Source of the DNA: a virus
Taxonomy: Duplodnaviria > Caudoviricetes
Strand: one strand, 5' to 3'
Length of the DNA: 34,796 nt
Virus record (IMG/VR): IMGVR_UViG_3300042360_000143
Location: 1-34,796 of that record
The notes below the pieces were generated by a model that did not search any database, had not been told where the DNA came from, and worked only from the letters and a program-made list of their open reading frames with translations. The stretch's first letter is position 1. Every line of letters starts with the position of its first letter. A program made the position numbers and the translations under genes. Shown in pieces: positions 17,771 through 26,335 of this stretch.

Positions 17771-18333
17771 TACAGGGCGTCCGCGCTAAGGTCTACAGTC
17801 CACGTATCAAGCACCGTGGCAGTGCCGGTGCGGCGAACTTGGAATGTTAGTTGGGCATACACGGAGTTTCCTGATCCAGAAATATCTACGAACCAAGCGG
17901 GGTTGCCGGATGTCGCTACCCAACTGCCAATCGTGCCAACAGGAGGGTTACCGGTGTAAGTAGCGTAAACTTCGTAGTTTCCACCTTGGCTGGTGGGCGT
18001 GCACCACTGCTGTACGTACATGTAAGAGCCGCCGTTATACTGTTCGTATACCTGCCCGTTGGCAGCACCGGCACCAAAAATAGCATATCCTGCTTCAGAA
18101 TAACCCCCAGCACTGGCGTTTACCGAGTGGTCGTTAAAGTCCACGACCACACTGCTCTTACCGTAGAAGTTGGTCGGCACGATGATAGCGCCAGACGCGA
18201 CGCCCGCCAGTGTGCGGACATCGGTGTCGTTCAGCGAAACCGTGGCGGTAGCGGATTTACCCAACTCAAGGTTGATGGACTGCCCCGCAGTGCTGCCACC
18301 CAAGCTGATTGGGCCTGAAGAGTTGAGCGTCAT
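17770..18333 (-). CDS. Putative fibre-tip adhesin / receptor-binding protein
   Basis: 187 aa; N-terminal MTLNSSGPISL...ELG...NFYGKS module usually found right after S74-processed fibres; aromatic-rich beta C-domain. Confidence 0.55.
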   Translation of the reverse strand: MTLNSSGPISLGGSTAGQSINLELGKSATATVSLNDTDVRTLAGVASGAIIVPTNFYGKSSVVVDFNDHSVNASAGGYSEAGYAIFGAGAANGQVYEQYNGGSYMYVQQWCTPTSQGGNYEVYATYTGNPPVGTIGSWVATSGNPAWFVDISGSGNSVYAQLTFQVRRTGTATVLDTWTVDLSADAL

Positions 18334-21300
18334 TATTTAGCTCCCCGTAGCTCGTCCAGTTCTGCCTTTAACTCTTTGATGGCCGCGAATGCCACGGCGA
18401 CCAGTTTCTCGTAATCAACAGCCAGTGTGCCATCGTCGCGGGTGCGAACGGCCAATGGGAACATTGCCTCCACGTCCTGCGCGATGACGCCGAAGTCGCT
18501 CTTGCGGACGAAGTAGTCGTCCTCGCCGCCATGCTCTGCGATGTAGGCATCGGTCCAGTCGAAGGTCTTGCCGCCAACTGTAGTCACGATGGTGAGGGCG
18601 TTCTCGATTGGACGCACGTTCTCTTTCAGGCGCGCATCGGACGAGTAGAACGCCGTGACGTTGTTGGTCGCACGGATCTCGCCCGCAGTGCCTGAACCAG
18701 CGGTGCCGACGCCGAGGCTGTTGACCTGATAGTTGTTGCTTGTGTTCAGCGCGTTGGCTGTGGTCGCCGTTGTGGCAGTCGTGGCTGACGTCGCGCTCGT
18801 GGCTGACGTTGCGCTGGTCGCCGATGTGGCCGTCGCCGCGTTGCCGCTGATGTTGATGCCCCAAGTGCCGCTTGCGCCCGAACCTCCACGCGATGGGACA
18901 TCAAGCGCGGTTTGCGCACCGCTTGCGGTGCTGGAGCCTGTGCCGCCGTTGACGACGGCGACGGTGCCGGTAAGCTTAGAGGCCGCCAGCGACGCGATGA
19001 AAGACGGATCAGAATAGCTGGCCGTCGTCACGACGCCGTTGGGCACGCTCGCGGCGGTGCCGCTGATGCTAATGCCCCACGTGCCGCTTGCGCCCGAGCC
19101 TGTTGTGGATGGCACACCGAGTGCAGACTGCGCAGTGGCTTGTGTGGTTCCGCCGGTGCCGCCGTTGCCGATCGCAAGCGTGCCGCCAAGAGTAAGCGTG
19201 CCGGACGTTGTGATAGGACCGCCGGTCAGGGTCATTCCAGTCGTGCCGCCGGAGCCGCTGACACTGGTGACAGTACCCGCGCTGCCTGTGGCAGAGATAG
19301 TGATCGAACCAGCGCCGTTGGAGATGCTGATGCCAGAACCGGCAGTAAGCGTCGCCTTCGCGAGTGTATTGCCAGTGCTGTTCCCGATGAGCAGCTGCCC
19401 GTTGGTGTACGTCGTCTGGCCGGTGCCGCCGTTGGTGACGGCCACAGTGCCAGTGACGTTGGCTGCGTTGCCGCTAATGTCGCCAGTTATCTTCGTGCCA
19501 GCGAGTGCCGTGATCCACGTCGGGTTGGAGTAGGAGCCAGTCGTCACGACGCCGTTCGTCGCCGTCGCTGCGTTACCGCTGACGTTAATCGCCCACGTCC
19601 CGCTGGCGTCGCCGCCGGTGCGCGTCGGCACATCGAGTGCGGTGCGTGCGAGGGCTGCCGTAGTCGCGCCAGTACCGCCGTTGGCGATGGCGACCGTGCC
19701 GGTGACGTTGGCGGCGCTGCCGCCTATGTTACCCGTGATCTTTGAGCCCGCGAGTGATGTTATCCAAGCCGGATCTGCGTACGAGCCCGTTGTGACGACG
19801 CCATTCGTGGCGGTGCCCGCGTTTCCTGTGACGTTGATGCCCCACGTCCCACTTGCGCCAGATCCAGTGCTCGAGGGGACGTCGAGTGCAGAGCGTGCAC
19901 CAGACGCAGTAGTGGACCCTGTACCGCCGTTGGCGATGGCGAGTGTGCCCGCGAGGGTGATGGTGCCCGCGCCGGTGACAGGTCCGCCGGAAGTGGTCAG
20001 GCCTGTCGTACCGCCGCTGACGTCTACTGACGTTACGGAGCCGCCGCCAGCTGTGGACGATATGGTGATACCGCCCGCGCTGTTCGTGACAACGATACCG
20101 GAACCGGCACTGAGGGTCGAGAGGTTGTAGCCTGTGCCGTTGCCGATCAGAAGCTGCCCGTTTGTGGGCGTGGTCGCAACACCGGTGCCGCCCTGTGCGA
20201 CAGTGAGCGCGGTGGTCAAGCCCGTGAGAGAGGTGATGTCGGAGTTCGCACCTGCGGCTGCCGCGCCGAGCGTGAGGCGTGCGCCGGAGGCACTGGTCGC
20301 GCCAGTGCCCCCAGACGCTATCGCGAGCGTTCCGCCGAGTGTCAGCGTGCCCGAGGTTGTGACCGGCGAGCCGGTGAAGGATAGGCCGGTTGTGCCGCCC
20401 GATGCGGCCACCGACGTTACAGTACCAGCACCGGCGGTGGACGTGATGGTGATGCCGCCCGCGCTGTTCGTGATGCTGATGCCCGAGCCAGCCGTCAGGG
20501 TCGCCTTCGTGAGCGTGTTGCCTGTGCTGTTACCGATGAGCAACTGCCCGTCGGTGTATGTAGTTTGACCCGTTCCGCCGTTGGCGACAGGCAGAGCAGT
20601 GCCCGACAGCGACACGGCAAGCGTGCCGGACGTCGTGATCGGCGAGCCTGTTACGGACAGGAAGGACGGTACTGTCAGCGCGACGCTGGTAACCGAGCCT
20701 GAGCCCGTGCCGACGCCCACGCCGTTGATGAAGAGGCCCGTGGCATTGATGGTGCCCGCGCCCTGCGCGCCAGCCGTAGGCGCGCCGATCTGGATGCCTG
20801 CCGCGTTGGTGAGCGCAGTGATGTCTGCGTTCGAGCCGCTTGCCGCAGCGCCGAGGTTCGTGCGTGCGCCGCCAGCGGTCGTGGAGCCGGTGCCGCCCTG
20901 CGCGACGGTCAATGCCGTCGTGAGGCCCGTGATTGACGTGATGTCGGAGTTCGCGCCTGCGGCTGCCGCCGAGATGGTTGAGCGCGCACTCGCGGCAGTC
21001 GCCGCAGTGAAGAGCGCAGCGCCGATGCCCGTCGCGCCCAAGTTGGTGCGCGCCGAGGTTGGGTTGTTTGCGCCGGTGCCGCCCTGCAATACAGGTAAGA
21101 TGCCCGCGAAGGGCGCGGATGTAGTTGCCGAGATGATGTCCGTACCGTCGCAGTACAGGATCGCGGTCTCGCCCTGAGTAACCAGTGTGGCTGCGCCGCT
21201 GGCGGTCTTGATGCCGAGCGTGAACGCGCCGGTCGTGGCGTTGTTTACCCAATACTGTTGGACCGTTGCGGGCACGACGATGTTGGCGTTGGACGTCAGC

Positions 21301-22133
21301 GTGCCGTTGAACTTGTACGCGATGCGGTTCAGCTCAGATCCAGAGAGCGTGTACGTGCCGCCGGTGACGGCGATGGTCGTGTAGTCAAAGGCGAAGACGG
21401 CCTGCTGTCCGAGGCCGATGGTGTACCACTGGACGCCGTCGCTGACGACCACGGCGCTGTCGCCCGGCTGCAGGCGGAGTGTGGACGACGCGTTGATAAG
21501 CTCCGTGCCGGACGGGTCGATGGTCAAGTCGCCTTGGCCGCCGTTGCGGACCTGCACGAACCAGCCGTCGCCAGCGCCGACGGCCGTAGGCAAGTTCAAC
21601 GTGCCGAGGCCGCCGTTCCAGACAAAGACCTTAGCGCGGTCAGGGGCCGTGAGGCTGTAGGGCGTGATGGAGAAGTCAACGACTTCGTAATTCTGTGCGA
21701 GTTCCGAGCCGTCTGCGATCAGACCGGCACCGGCGAGGGCCGCAGCTTGTGCCTGCGCCACGGCAGCGCCGTAGCGGAATGTGCGCCAAATACCGCCGAC
21801 GGTGGTGTTGTTGATGAGGTACGCCTGCCACTGCTCGCCTGCGCCAATGCTCAGAATTGCGTTGCCTGCGGCGTTGTCGATGGTGATGGTATCGGGGCCG
21901 AGGTTGTTGAACAGGATTGTCTGGCCGACGCTGACGGCAGTCGCGTCAGGAAGCGTGACGGTGAACGGCCCTGTCGGTGTGATGTCGATGATGCGCGCGA
22001 CGACGCTGTCGCCCTCGCCTGCGCCAACTGGCCAGTTAAGCGCGATGTCGTCGGTGAGCGCCAGCGAGAGGTAGGAAACGTCTGCGGGGTATATCGTCGT
22101 GCCGCCGAAGACTTGAGTGAAACTGCCAGACAT
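18333..22133 (-). CDS. Tail fibre protein with C-terminal peptidase S74 intramolecular chaperone
   Basis: 1266 aa; many (L/V)A(I/V)ANGGTG repeats, SAT tandem repeats; SSDARLKENV...GVIAQDV...VDYEKL...AIKEL. Confidence 0.9.
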   Translation of the reverse strand: MSGSFTQVFGGTTIYPADVSYLSLALTDDIALNWPVGAGEGDSVVARIIDITPTGPFTVTLPDATAVSVGQTILFNNLGPDTITIDNAAGNAILSIGAGEQWQAYLINNTTVGGIWRTFRYGAAVAQAQAAALAGAGLIADGSELAQNYEVVDFSITPYSLTAPDRAKVFVWNGGLGTLNLPTAVGAGDGWFVQVRNGGQGDLTIDPSGTELINASSTLRLQPGDSAVVVSDGVQWYTIGLGQQAVFAFDYTTIAVTGGTYTLSGSELNRIAYKFNGTLTSNANIVVPATVQQYWVNNATTGAFTLGIKTASGAATLVTQGETAILYCDGTDIISATTSAPFAGILPVLQGGTGANNPTSARTNLGATGIGAALFTAATAASARSTISAAAAGANSDITSITGLTTALTVAQGGTGSTTAGGARTNLGAAASGSNADITALTNAAGIQIGAPTAGAQGAGTINATGLFINGVGVGTGSGSVTSVALTVPSFLSVTGSPITTSGTLAVSLSGTALPVANGGTGQTTYTDGQLLIGNSTGNTLTKATLTAGSGISITNSAGGITITSTAGAGTVTSVAASGGTTGLSFTGSPVTTSGTLTLGGTLAIASGGTGATSASGARLTLGAAAAGANSDITSLTGLTTALTVAQGGTGVATTPTNGQLLIGNGTGYNLSTLSAGSGIVVTNSAGGITISSTAGGGSVTSVDVSGGTTGLTTSGGPVTGAGTITLAGTLAIANGGTGSTTASGARSALDVPSSTGSGASGTWGINVTGNAGTATNGVVTTGSYADPAWITSLAGSKITGNIGGSAANVTGTVAIANGGTGATTAALARTALDVPTRTGGDASGTWAINVSGNAATATNGVVTTGSYSNPTWITALAGTKITGDISGNAANVTGTVAVTNGGTGQTTYTNGQLLIGNSTGNTLAKATLTAGSGISISNGAGSITISATGSAGTVTSVSGSGGTTGMTLTGGPITTSGTLTLGGTLAIGNGGTGGTTQATAQSALGVPSTTGSGASGTWGISISGTAASVPNGVVTTASYSDPSFIASLAASKLTGTVAVVNGGTGSSTASGAQTALDVPSRGGSGASGTWGINISGNAATATSATSATSATSATSATTATTATTANALNTSNNYQVNSLGVGTAGSGTAGEIRATNNVTAFYSSDARLKENVRPIENALTIVTTVGGKTFDWTDAYIAEHGGEDDYFVRKSDFGVIAQDVEAMFPLAVRTRDDGTLAVDYEKLVAVAFAAIKELKAELDELRGAK

Positions 22134-22135
22134 CT

Positions 22136-22789
22136 TTAAGCCTCCTTACGAGTGGCGCTGCGGTCGAGTATCTTGGCGAGGTCTTCGCCATTCAACATGC
22201 CAGCCGCACGGTCGTACATATTTTGCCATACAGGGATGCGCTCGTCGTTCTTCAGGAATGGCGTCGCCTCTAGGAGGGTGGCATACAGAAGGATTTCGGG
22301 TGCGTTTTCGGTGAGCCAGTTTGTCTGCGCCTCCTCGTCGAGGAGCGGCGGCAGTTGGTAGTACAGGATCTCGATTGGGTAATCTACGTCGGGTGTCGGC
22401 GCGACGAGCCAGTGATTATAGTCATAGTCGCTGTAGAATATCGGTTGCGCGGTTTCGGTGGCGTCGGGCCAATAGCTGCGCAAATAATCGTAGCTGCGCG
22501 TGAACAGCGCCGTGCGGCTGTTGTTGTCTGCGCCGGTGCCGATAAACATCGACACGGTGTCGCGCCACCTGTCGGGCTTATCCACTACGGGATTGCCCGC
22601 AGATAGTTGCGCAGTGACGACGTTGATGAAGCCTTGGATCTTCAGCTCGCGGGCGATGCGACGCTCGGCGAGGTTGATAAGGCGCGGGATCTGCTCGAAG
22701 ACGATTGGGTCGGAGGCAAGCGTATCCCCACGCTCAAGGTAGCGCTGCACGTCCTGCTTTAGAGATGTAAACGTCATCGCAGTGGCCAT
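22136..22789 (-). CDS. Head-tail adaptor (tail tubular protein A / SU10 adaptor-like)
   Basis: 217 aa; IPRLINLAERRIAREL, PTPD..Y.IE..YY, TNWLTENAPEILLYATLLEA.PFLK.DER. Confidence 0.8.
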   Translation of the reverse strand: MATAMTFTSLKQDVQRYLERGDTLASDPIVFEQIPRLINLAERRIARELKIQGFINVVTAQLSAGNPVVDKPDRWRDTVSMFIGTGADNNSRTALFTRSYDYLRSYWPDATETAQPIFYSDYDYNHWLVAPTPDVDYPIEILYYQLPPLLDEEAQTNWLTENAPEILLYATLLEATPFLKNDERIPVWQNMYDRAAGMLNGEDLAKILDRSATRKEA

Positions 22790-22828
22790 AATACGCCCCT
22801 ATAACAGATTTAAGTTAGAATAACAGCC

Positions 22829-22857
22829 TTCGCCGCGCCAGTCGCGGCGAATTTGTT
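22829..22857. terminator. Intergenic hairpin, possible terminator or processing site
   Basis: ttcgccgcg-ccagt-cgcggcgaa (9-bp stem, 22829-22851). The T-rich tail (tttgtt) is on the + strand, opposite to the flanking genes. Confidence 0.5.
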
Positions 22858-22859
22858 GA

Positions 22860-23045
22860 TTACCCAGCAAGGTACTGTGAAAGCAGACCGGCGATCGTCG
22901 CAACGACCGCTAACCCGCCCGCGAGCTTGGCTTTCCAGCCGAGGGCAGGCTTTGCTTCCGCGTCCATTGGCAGGATCTTGCCTACAGCCTTCTTGAGGAT
23001 GGCCTTCTCGGCTTCCTTCTGGATGAGTTTCTTCAAATTAAGCAT
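22860..23045 (-). CDS. Small basic protein with C-terminal transmembrane helix (lysis accessory/holin candidate)
   Basis: AAGGAG RBS, ATG 23045, 61 aa ending LAGGLAVVATIAGLLSQYLAG; follows the endolysin gene. Confidence 0.65.
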   Translation of the reverse strand: MLNLKKLIQKEAEKAILKKAVGKILPMDAEAKPALGWKAKLAGGLAVVATIAGLLSQYLAG

Positions 23046-23056
23046 AGTCGTTCTCC

Positions 23057-23677
23057 TTACAACCAAGAAGCATATTTCTTGGTTTTCAGTTTGCGGTCAG
23101 CCAACCCATGCGGATTTTTGCTGCCGTTAATTCTGGAACTCAGTGCTAGGATCGAGGCGTCATTGATGCCCTGATCGCAGATGCCCCACAGCTTGTTTGC
23201 GTCGAAGAACCACAGGGCGCTTTCAAAGCCCAGTTCAGTAGCCACAAGGTCTGGATTGTCCAAAATCTCCTGTTCGCGACCAATGTACCGGCCAAATGCG
23301 CGGTAATTGTTCTTCCCGGTGAGTTGGAGGGGGCCTCGACCCTTGTATGCGAACCCTTCGCCCGACGCTTCGTCGCCGTTACCCATGCGGTTGGCGTAGG
23401 CGCGGTTAGCAATGCGTTGCGGCTGGCGTTCATAAGCCTTGGCTATTGCGTCTGTCTGAAAGTACTTCCCAAAAATGCCGCGCAGACCCTTCGCGCCGTA
23501 GTTCAGGTTCTCACTGAACGCCTTGAAGTTGCCGCTTTCATGCGCGCACTGAGCGAAAAAGTGGGCAGCGCGGTTGGGCGACAGCTTGTAATAGGCCGCA
23601 GCGGCCTTCAGCGTGCCGGGGCCAAAAGCCCCGTCAGCCGTTACGCCAATCTTCTTCTGAAGTTCAATCATGCTCAT
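23057..23677 (-). CDS. Endolysin, glycoside hydrolase family 19, with short N-terminal PG-binding motif
   Basis: LQKKIGVTADGAFGPGT; FFAQCAHESGNF..ENLNY; YKGRGPLQLTGKNNY; start at the ATGA overlap (23677). Confidence 0.92.
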   Translation of the reverse strand: MSMIELQKKIGVTADGAFGPGTLKAAAAYYKLSPNRAAHFFAQCAHESGNFKAFSENLNYGAKGLRGIFGKYFQTDAIAKAYERQPQRIANRAYANRMGNGDEASGEGFAYKGRGPLQLTGKNNYRAFGRYIGREQEILDNPDLVATELGFESALWFFDANKLWGICDQGINDASILALSSRINGSKNPHGLADRKLKTKKYASWL

Positions 23678-24183
23678 TTGCCAGCACTCCGCCAATCAGG
23701 GAAATCGTCTGCGTCGACCACACCGTCGCCATTCGCGTCATACCGCATATCGTTGCGGTACTTCTCCCACGGCTCCATATCGTCATCGTCGTCATCTTCA
23801 GGTGTGTCGATGAAGACAGTGGCCTGCGGGTCGTCATACGCCTTCGGCGCGGCCATGTCAGGTGTAAGCGGCAAAGGGTCTGGTTGTGGCGCTACGGGGG
23901 CCACAGGCTCTGGTTCTGGGTCATCACGGTCTTCCGGCGGTGGTGGGACCAGTTCGCCCTTCATGCCCATGAGCGTGGCGTAGGAGCCAGCGACAGCGCC
24001 GACGACCGAAGTCATGACGTAGGACAGCAAGCCGAAGACATCCTTATTATCTATGACTTCGTTGCTCACGAACAACCCCGCGATCATGGCGACGGTGATC
24101 GTGCAGATGACAAACGCCATCGTGCGCGCAGCCATCAGAAGCGCCTTGATGCGGGCGTCCATTAGTTTATCTTCCATGTTCAT
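23674..24183 (-). CDS. Two-TM membrane protein (holin candidate) with Pro/acidic linker and EF-hand-like loop
   Basis: Two hydrophobic helices at the N-terminus; DANGDGVVDADD near the C-terminus; coupled to the endolysin gene. Confidence 0.7.
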   Translation of the reverse strand: MNMEDKLMDARIKALLMAARTMAFVICTITVAMIAGLFVSNEVIDNKDVFGLLSYVMTSVVGAVAGSYATLMGMKGELVPPPPEDRDDPEPEPVAPVAPQPDPLPLTPDMAAPKAYDDPQATVFIDTPEDDDDDDMEPWEKYRNDMRYDANGDGVVDADDFPDWRSAGK

Positions 24184-24701
24184 TCCTTTCCGGCCAGCGG
24201 GTTCGCCAGCGTCTTTTGAATACGTGCAGCGGTCTCGGTCTCAAGTTCCTTGATCCGACGCTGTTGGTCCTTATCCTGCTCGCGCAGTTGGTCTATGATA
24301 GCGCGCTGCATCGCCATGTTCTGCGCGTCACTGTTCCGAACGCTGCTCGACACCGCATCGACCGTCTGGCGTGTACCGCTGACGCTGCTGGAGATCGAGC
24401 CGGTCATGTAATTCAGGGCTTCGCTGTTAATCTTGGTCAGACGCTCGACGCTCGTGACGCGCTCATCCAACACCGAAATGCGGCCCTCGATGCCAGACAG
24501 GTCGGGCGGCACATATGCCGCTGTGACTTCCTGCATGGTCAGGAATTGCTGGTACACTTGGAAGCCAGCCCACAGCCCGCCGATAACTGTTGAAAAGGCA
24601 GCAAAGATAATGGCTATTTTGCCGCTGCTTAAGCCGCCAATGTTAAAACTGAAGCCGCTCTCGTCGAACGAGACCTTTGGCTCCTCATCTGTACTGCTCA
24701 T
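24180..24701 (-). CDS. Single-TM coiled-coil membrane protein
   Basis: 173 aa; IAIIFAAFSTVIGGLWAGF TM, long heptad region, C-terminal LANPLA. Confidence 0.75.
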   Translation of the reverse strand: MSSTDEEPKVSFDESGFSFNIGGLSSGKIAIIFAAFSTVIGGLWAGFQVYQQFLTMQEVTAAYVPPDLSGIEGRISVLDERVTSVERLTKINSEALNYMTGSISSSVSGTRQTVDAVSSSVRNSDAQNMAMQRAIIDQLREQDKDQQRRIKELETETAARIQKTLANPLAGKE

Positions 24702-26325
24702 CTACCATCTCCTGCCAACGGGCATCGTTTGTCTGCATCATGCGATACAATTCAAAGTTTGCGTCTCGCAGCACACGTCTGCGGTATATATCACGTATTG
24801 CGTAAAAGTCAGCCCTATCTTGTAACGAGGCCTGTGTGTACGCAGCGAAGCCCGGCACGGCACCCATCTCCGAAATTGTTTCGCTCTGACCTTCTGCCAT
24901 TTCGCTTTCTGATTTCTCAGATGACGCGGTTGCTGTAACGGGCGCTGCGCTGCTTTGACCGCCGACATTGTTCAGTATCTCGAATGTGGTGGACATCGAC
25001 ATAGGGCTGCTTGCCGAGACAGCAGCGTCCAGTGGTGATGAACCGACGCCAGAACCAACCCCGCCGCCAGCCGAAGTGCTTGGCCCGAAATCAACGCGCA
25101 TTTGAAAACTGCCGAAACTTTGCGACGATTGCGACCCGCTTTCAAACGCCGATGTTTGGCTGGCTTCTGCCGCCTCTTCAAAGAATGCGGATTGCTGCCC
25201 GCTTTCTTCCAGCGCCGTAGCAAGCTGATTGGATGCTTCTTGCTCAAATGCGCCAGACGATGCGTCTTGGCCCCCTACGGCGTTCTCTGGGCCCTCCAGT
25301 TCCAGTGATGCCAGTGCTTCCGTTTCGTCAGCGGTAGCGTCCTCTTGGCCTTGCGCTGCCAGCGCCGCCAATTCGTCCGGCGACAGTCGCTCTGCATTGG
25401 AACTGGTATCGTCTAAATCCCGATCCGAAATCAATTCCTCAAGGGCGTCCTCCTCGGCAGGCTCCTCGTCCGCGACAGGCTCGTCCGTTTCGGCTTCAAG
25501 CGATGCTTCTGCTGTCTCCAACGCCTCTTGCGCGGTTTCAAGCACCTGTTCGATGTCAGCGACGTCTTCAATCGGAACTTCTTGCTGCGTTTCTTCCATT
25601 GCCGCCTGTTCAACGGAGGCGACAGCGGCTTCAAGCGCGCTCTCAGTCGGATCAGGTGCGCCGACGTTGACGGCGGCTGGCGGGCAACTTGGGTCCATTG
25701 GCGTCACGTTGCAATCAACAGCAACGACCTCTGGGACAGGCGCGATCCACGACAGGAGGCCAGACTGGTTCTGTAGGAACTGCGCGTTGCGACCGTAGAA
25801 AAGCGGTATGTTGTCGTCCGCAGTTGGGCCAGTGATGCCTGCGGTAAAATCACGGTAACCGGAAAAGCCAAGGTTGCCGAAATTCAGTTGTATCTTGCCG
25901 TCGGCAAACAGGCCGATCTCGAAGGTGCTACTGTTGTTCGTGCCGAACTCGTTCACGCCGTACCAGCCGAAGAGGATTGAGCCGTCGTCGCGGCGGTAAT
26001 ATGGATTGCCGGTGTAGCTAATCAGGTCAGACCAGTAGGCGTAAATGGTGTTGCGCTGCGCCATTTCGATGGGCTGGCCGTTGCAGCACAGATGCGCGCC
26101 GCTCTGGAACGACACAAAGCCATTGCTCGAAACCCACGCGTCGGTGAACGTCTGGCCCCAATACTCAAATTCAAAGCCAAGGCTGACGTTCCGCGTGCCA
26201 TCGTCACCCAGATTGAGGGGCGTCATTGTGGTAGGCGCGCCGTTGATTTGCGGGGGGATTAAGGCAGGCTCATAGGTCTGCGCACGCAGAGGCGTTGCGC
26301 AAGTCAGCAGGAGGGCCGCCTGCAA
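24685..26325 (-). CDS. Exported protein with nidogen (NIDO)-like domain and long acidic low-complexity region
   Basis: Signal-like N-terminus (..PLRA/QT); LGDD...LGFEFEYWGQTFTDAWVSSNGFVSF..IYAYWSDL; C..TPMDPSCP; start codon uncertain (TTG 26325 or CTG 26349). Confidence 0.75.
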   Translation of the reverse strand: MQAALLLTCATPLRAQTYEPALIPPQINGAPTTMTPLNLGDDGTRNVSLGFEFEYWGQTFTDAWVSSNGFVSFQSGAHLCCNGQPIEMAQRNTIYAYWSDLISYTGNPYYRRDDGSILFGWYGVNEFGTNNSSTFEIGLFADGKIQLNFGNLGFSGYRDFTAGITGPTADDNIPLFYGRNAQFLQNQSGLLSWIAPVPEVVAVDCNVTPMDPSCPPAAVNVGAPDPTESALEAAVASVEQAAMEETQQEVPIEDVADIEQVLETAQEALETAEASLEAETDEPVADEEPAEEDALEELISDRDLDDTSSNAERLSPDELAALAAQGQEDATADETEALASLELEGPENAVGGQDASSGAFEQEASNQLATALEESGQQSAFFEEAAEASQTSAFESGSQSSQSFGSFQMRVDFGPSTSAGGGVGSGVGSSPLDAAVSASSPMSMSTTFEILNNVGGQSSAAPVTATASSEKSESEMAEGQSETISEMGAVPGFAAYTQASLQDRADFYAIRDIYRRRVLRDANFELYRMMQTNDARWQEMVDEQYR

Positions 26326-26335
26326 AGCGTATGTC

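Noticed and set aside
18765-18840. 9-bp tandem repeat
   Set aside because: Encodes the ordinary SAT/TAT trimeric fibre shaft repeat and is degenerate at wobble positions.
22810-22824. Possible CtrA box (TTAA-N7-TAAC)
   Set aside because: The second half-site is off-consensus and the region is AT-rich.
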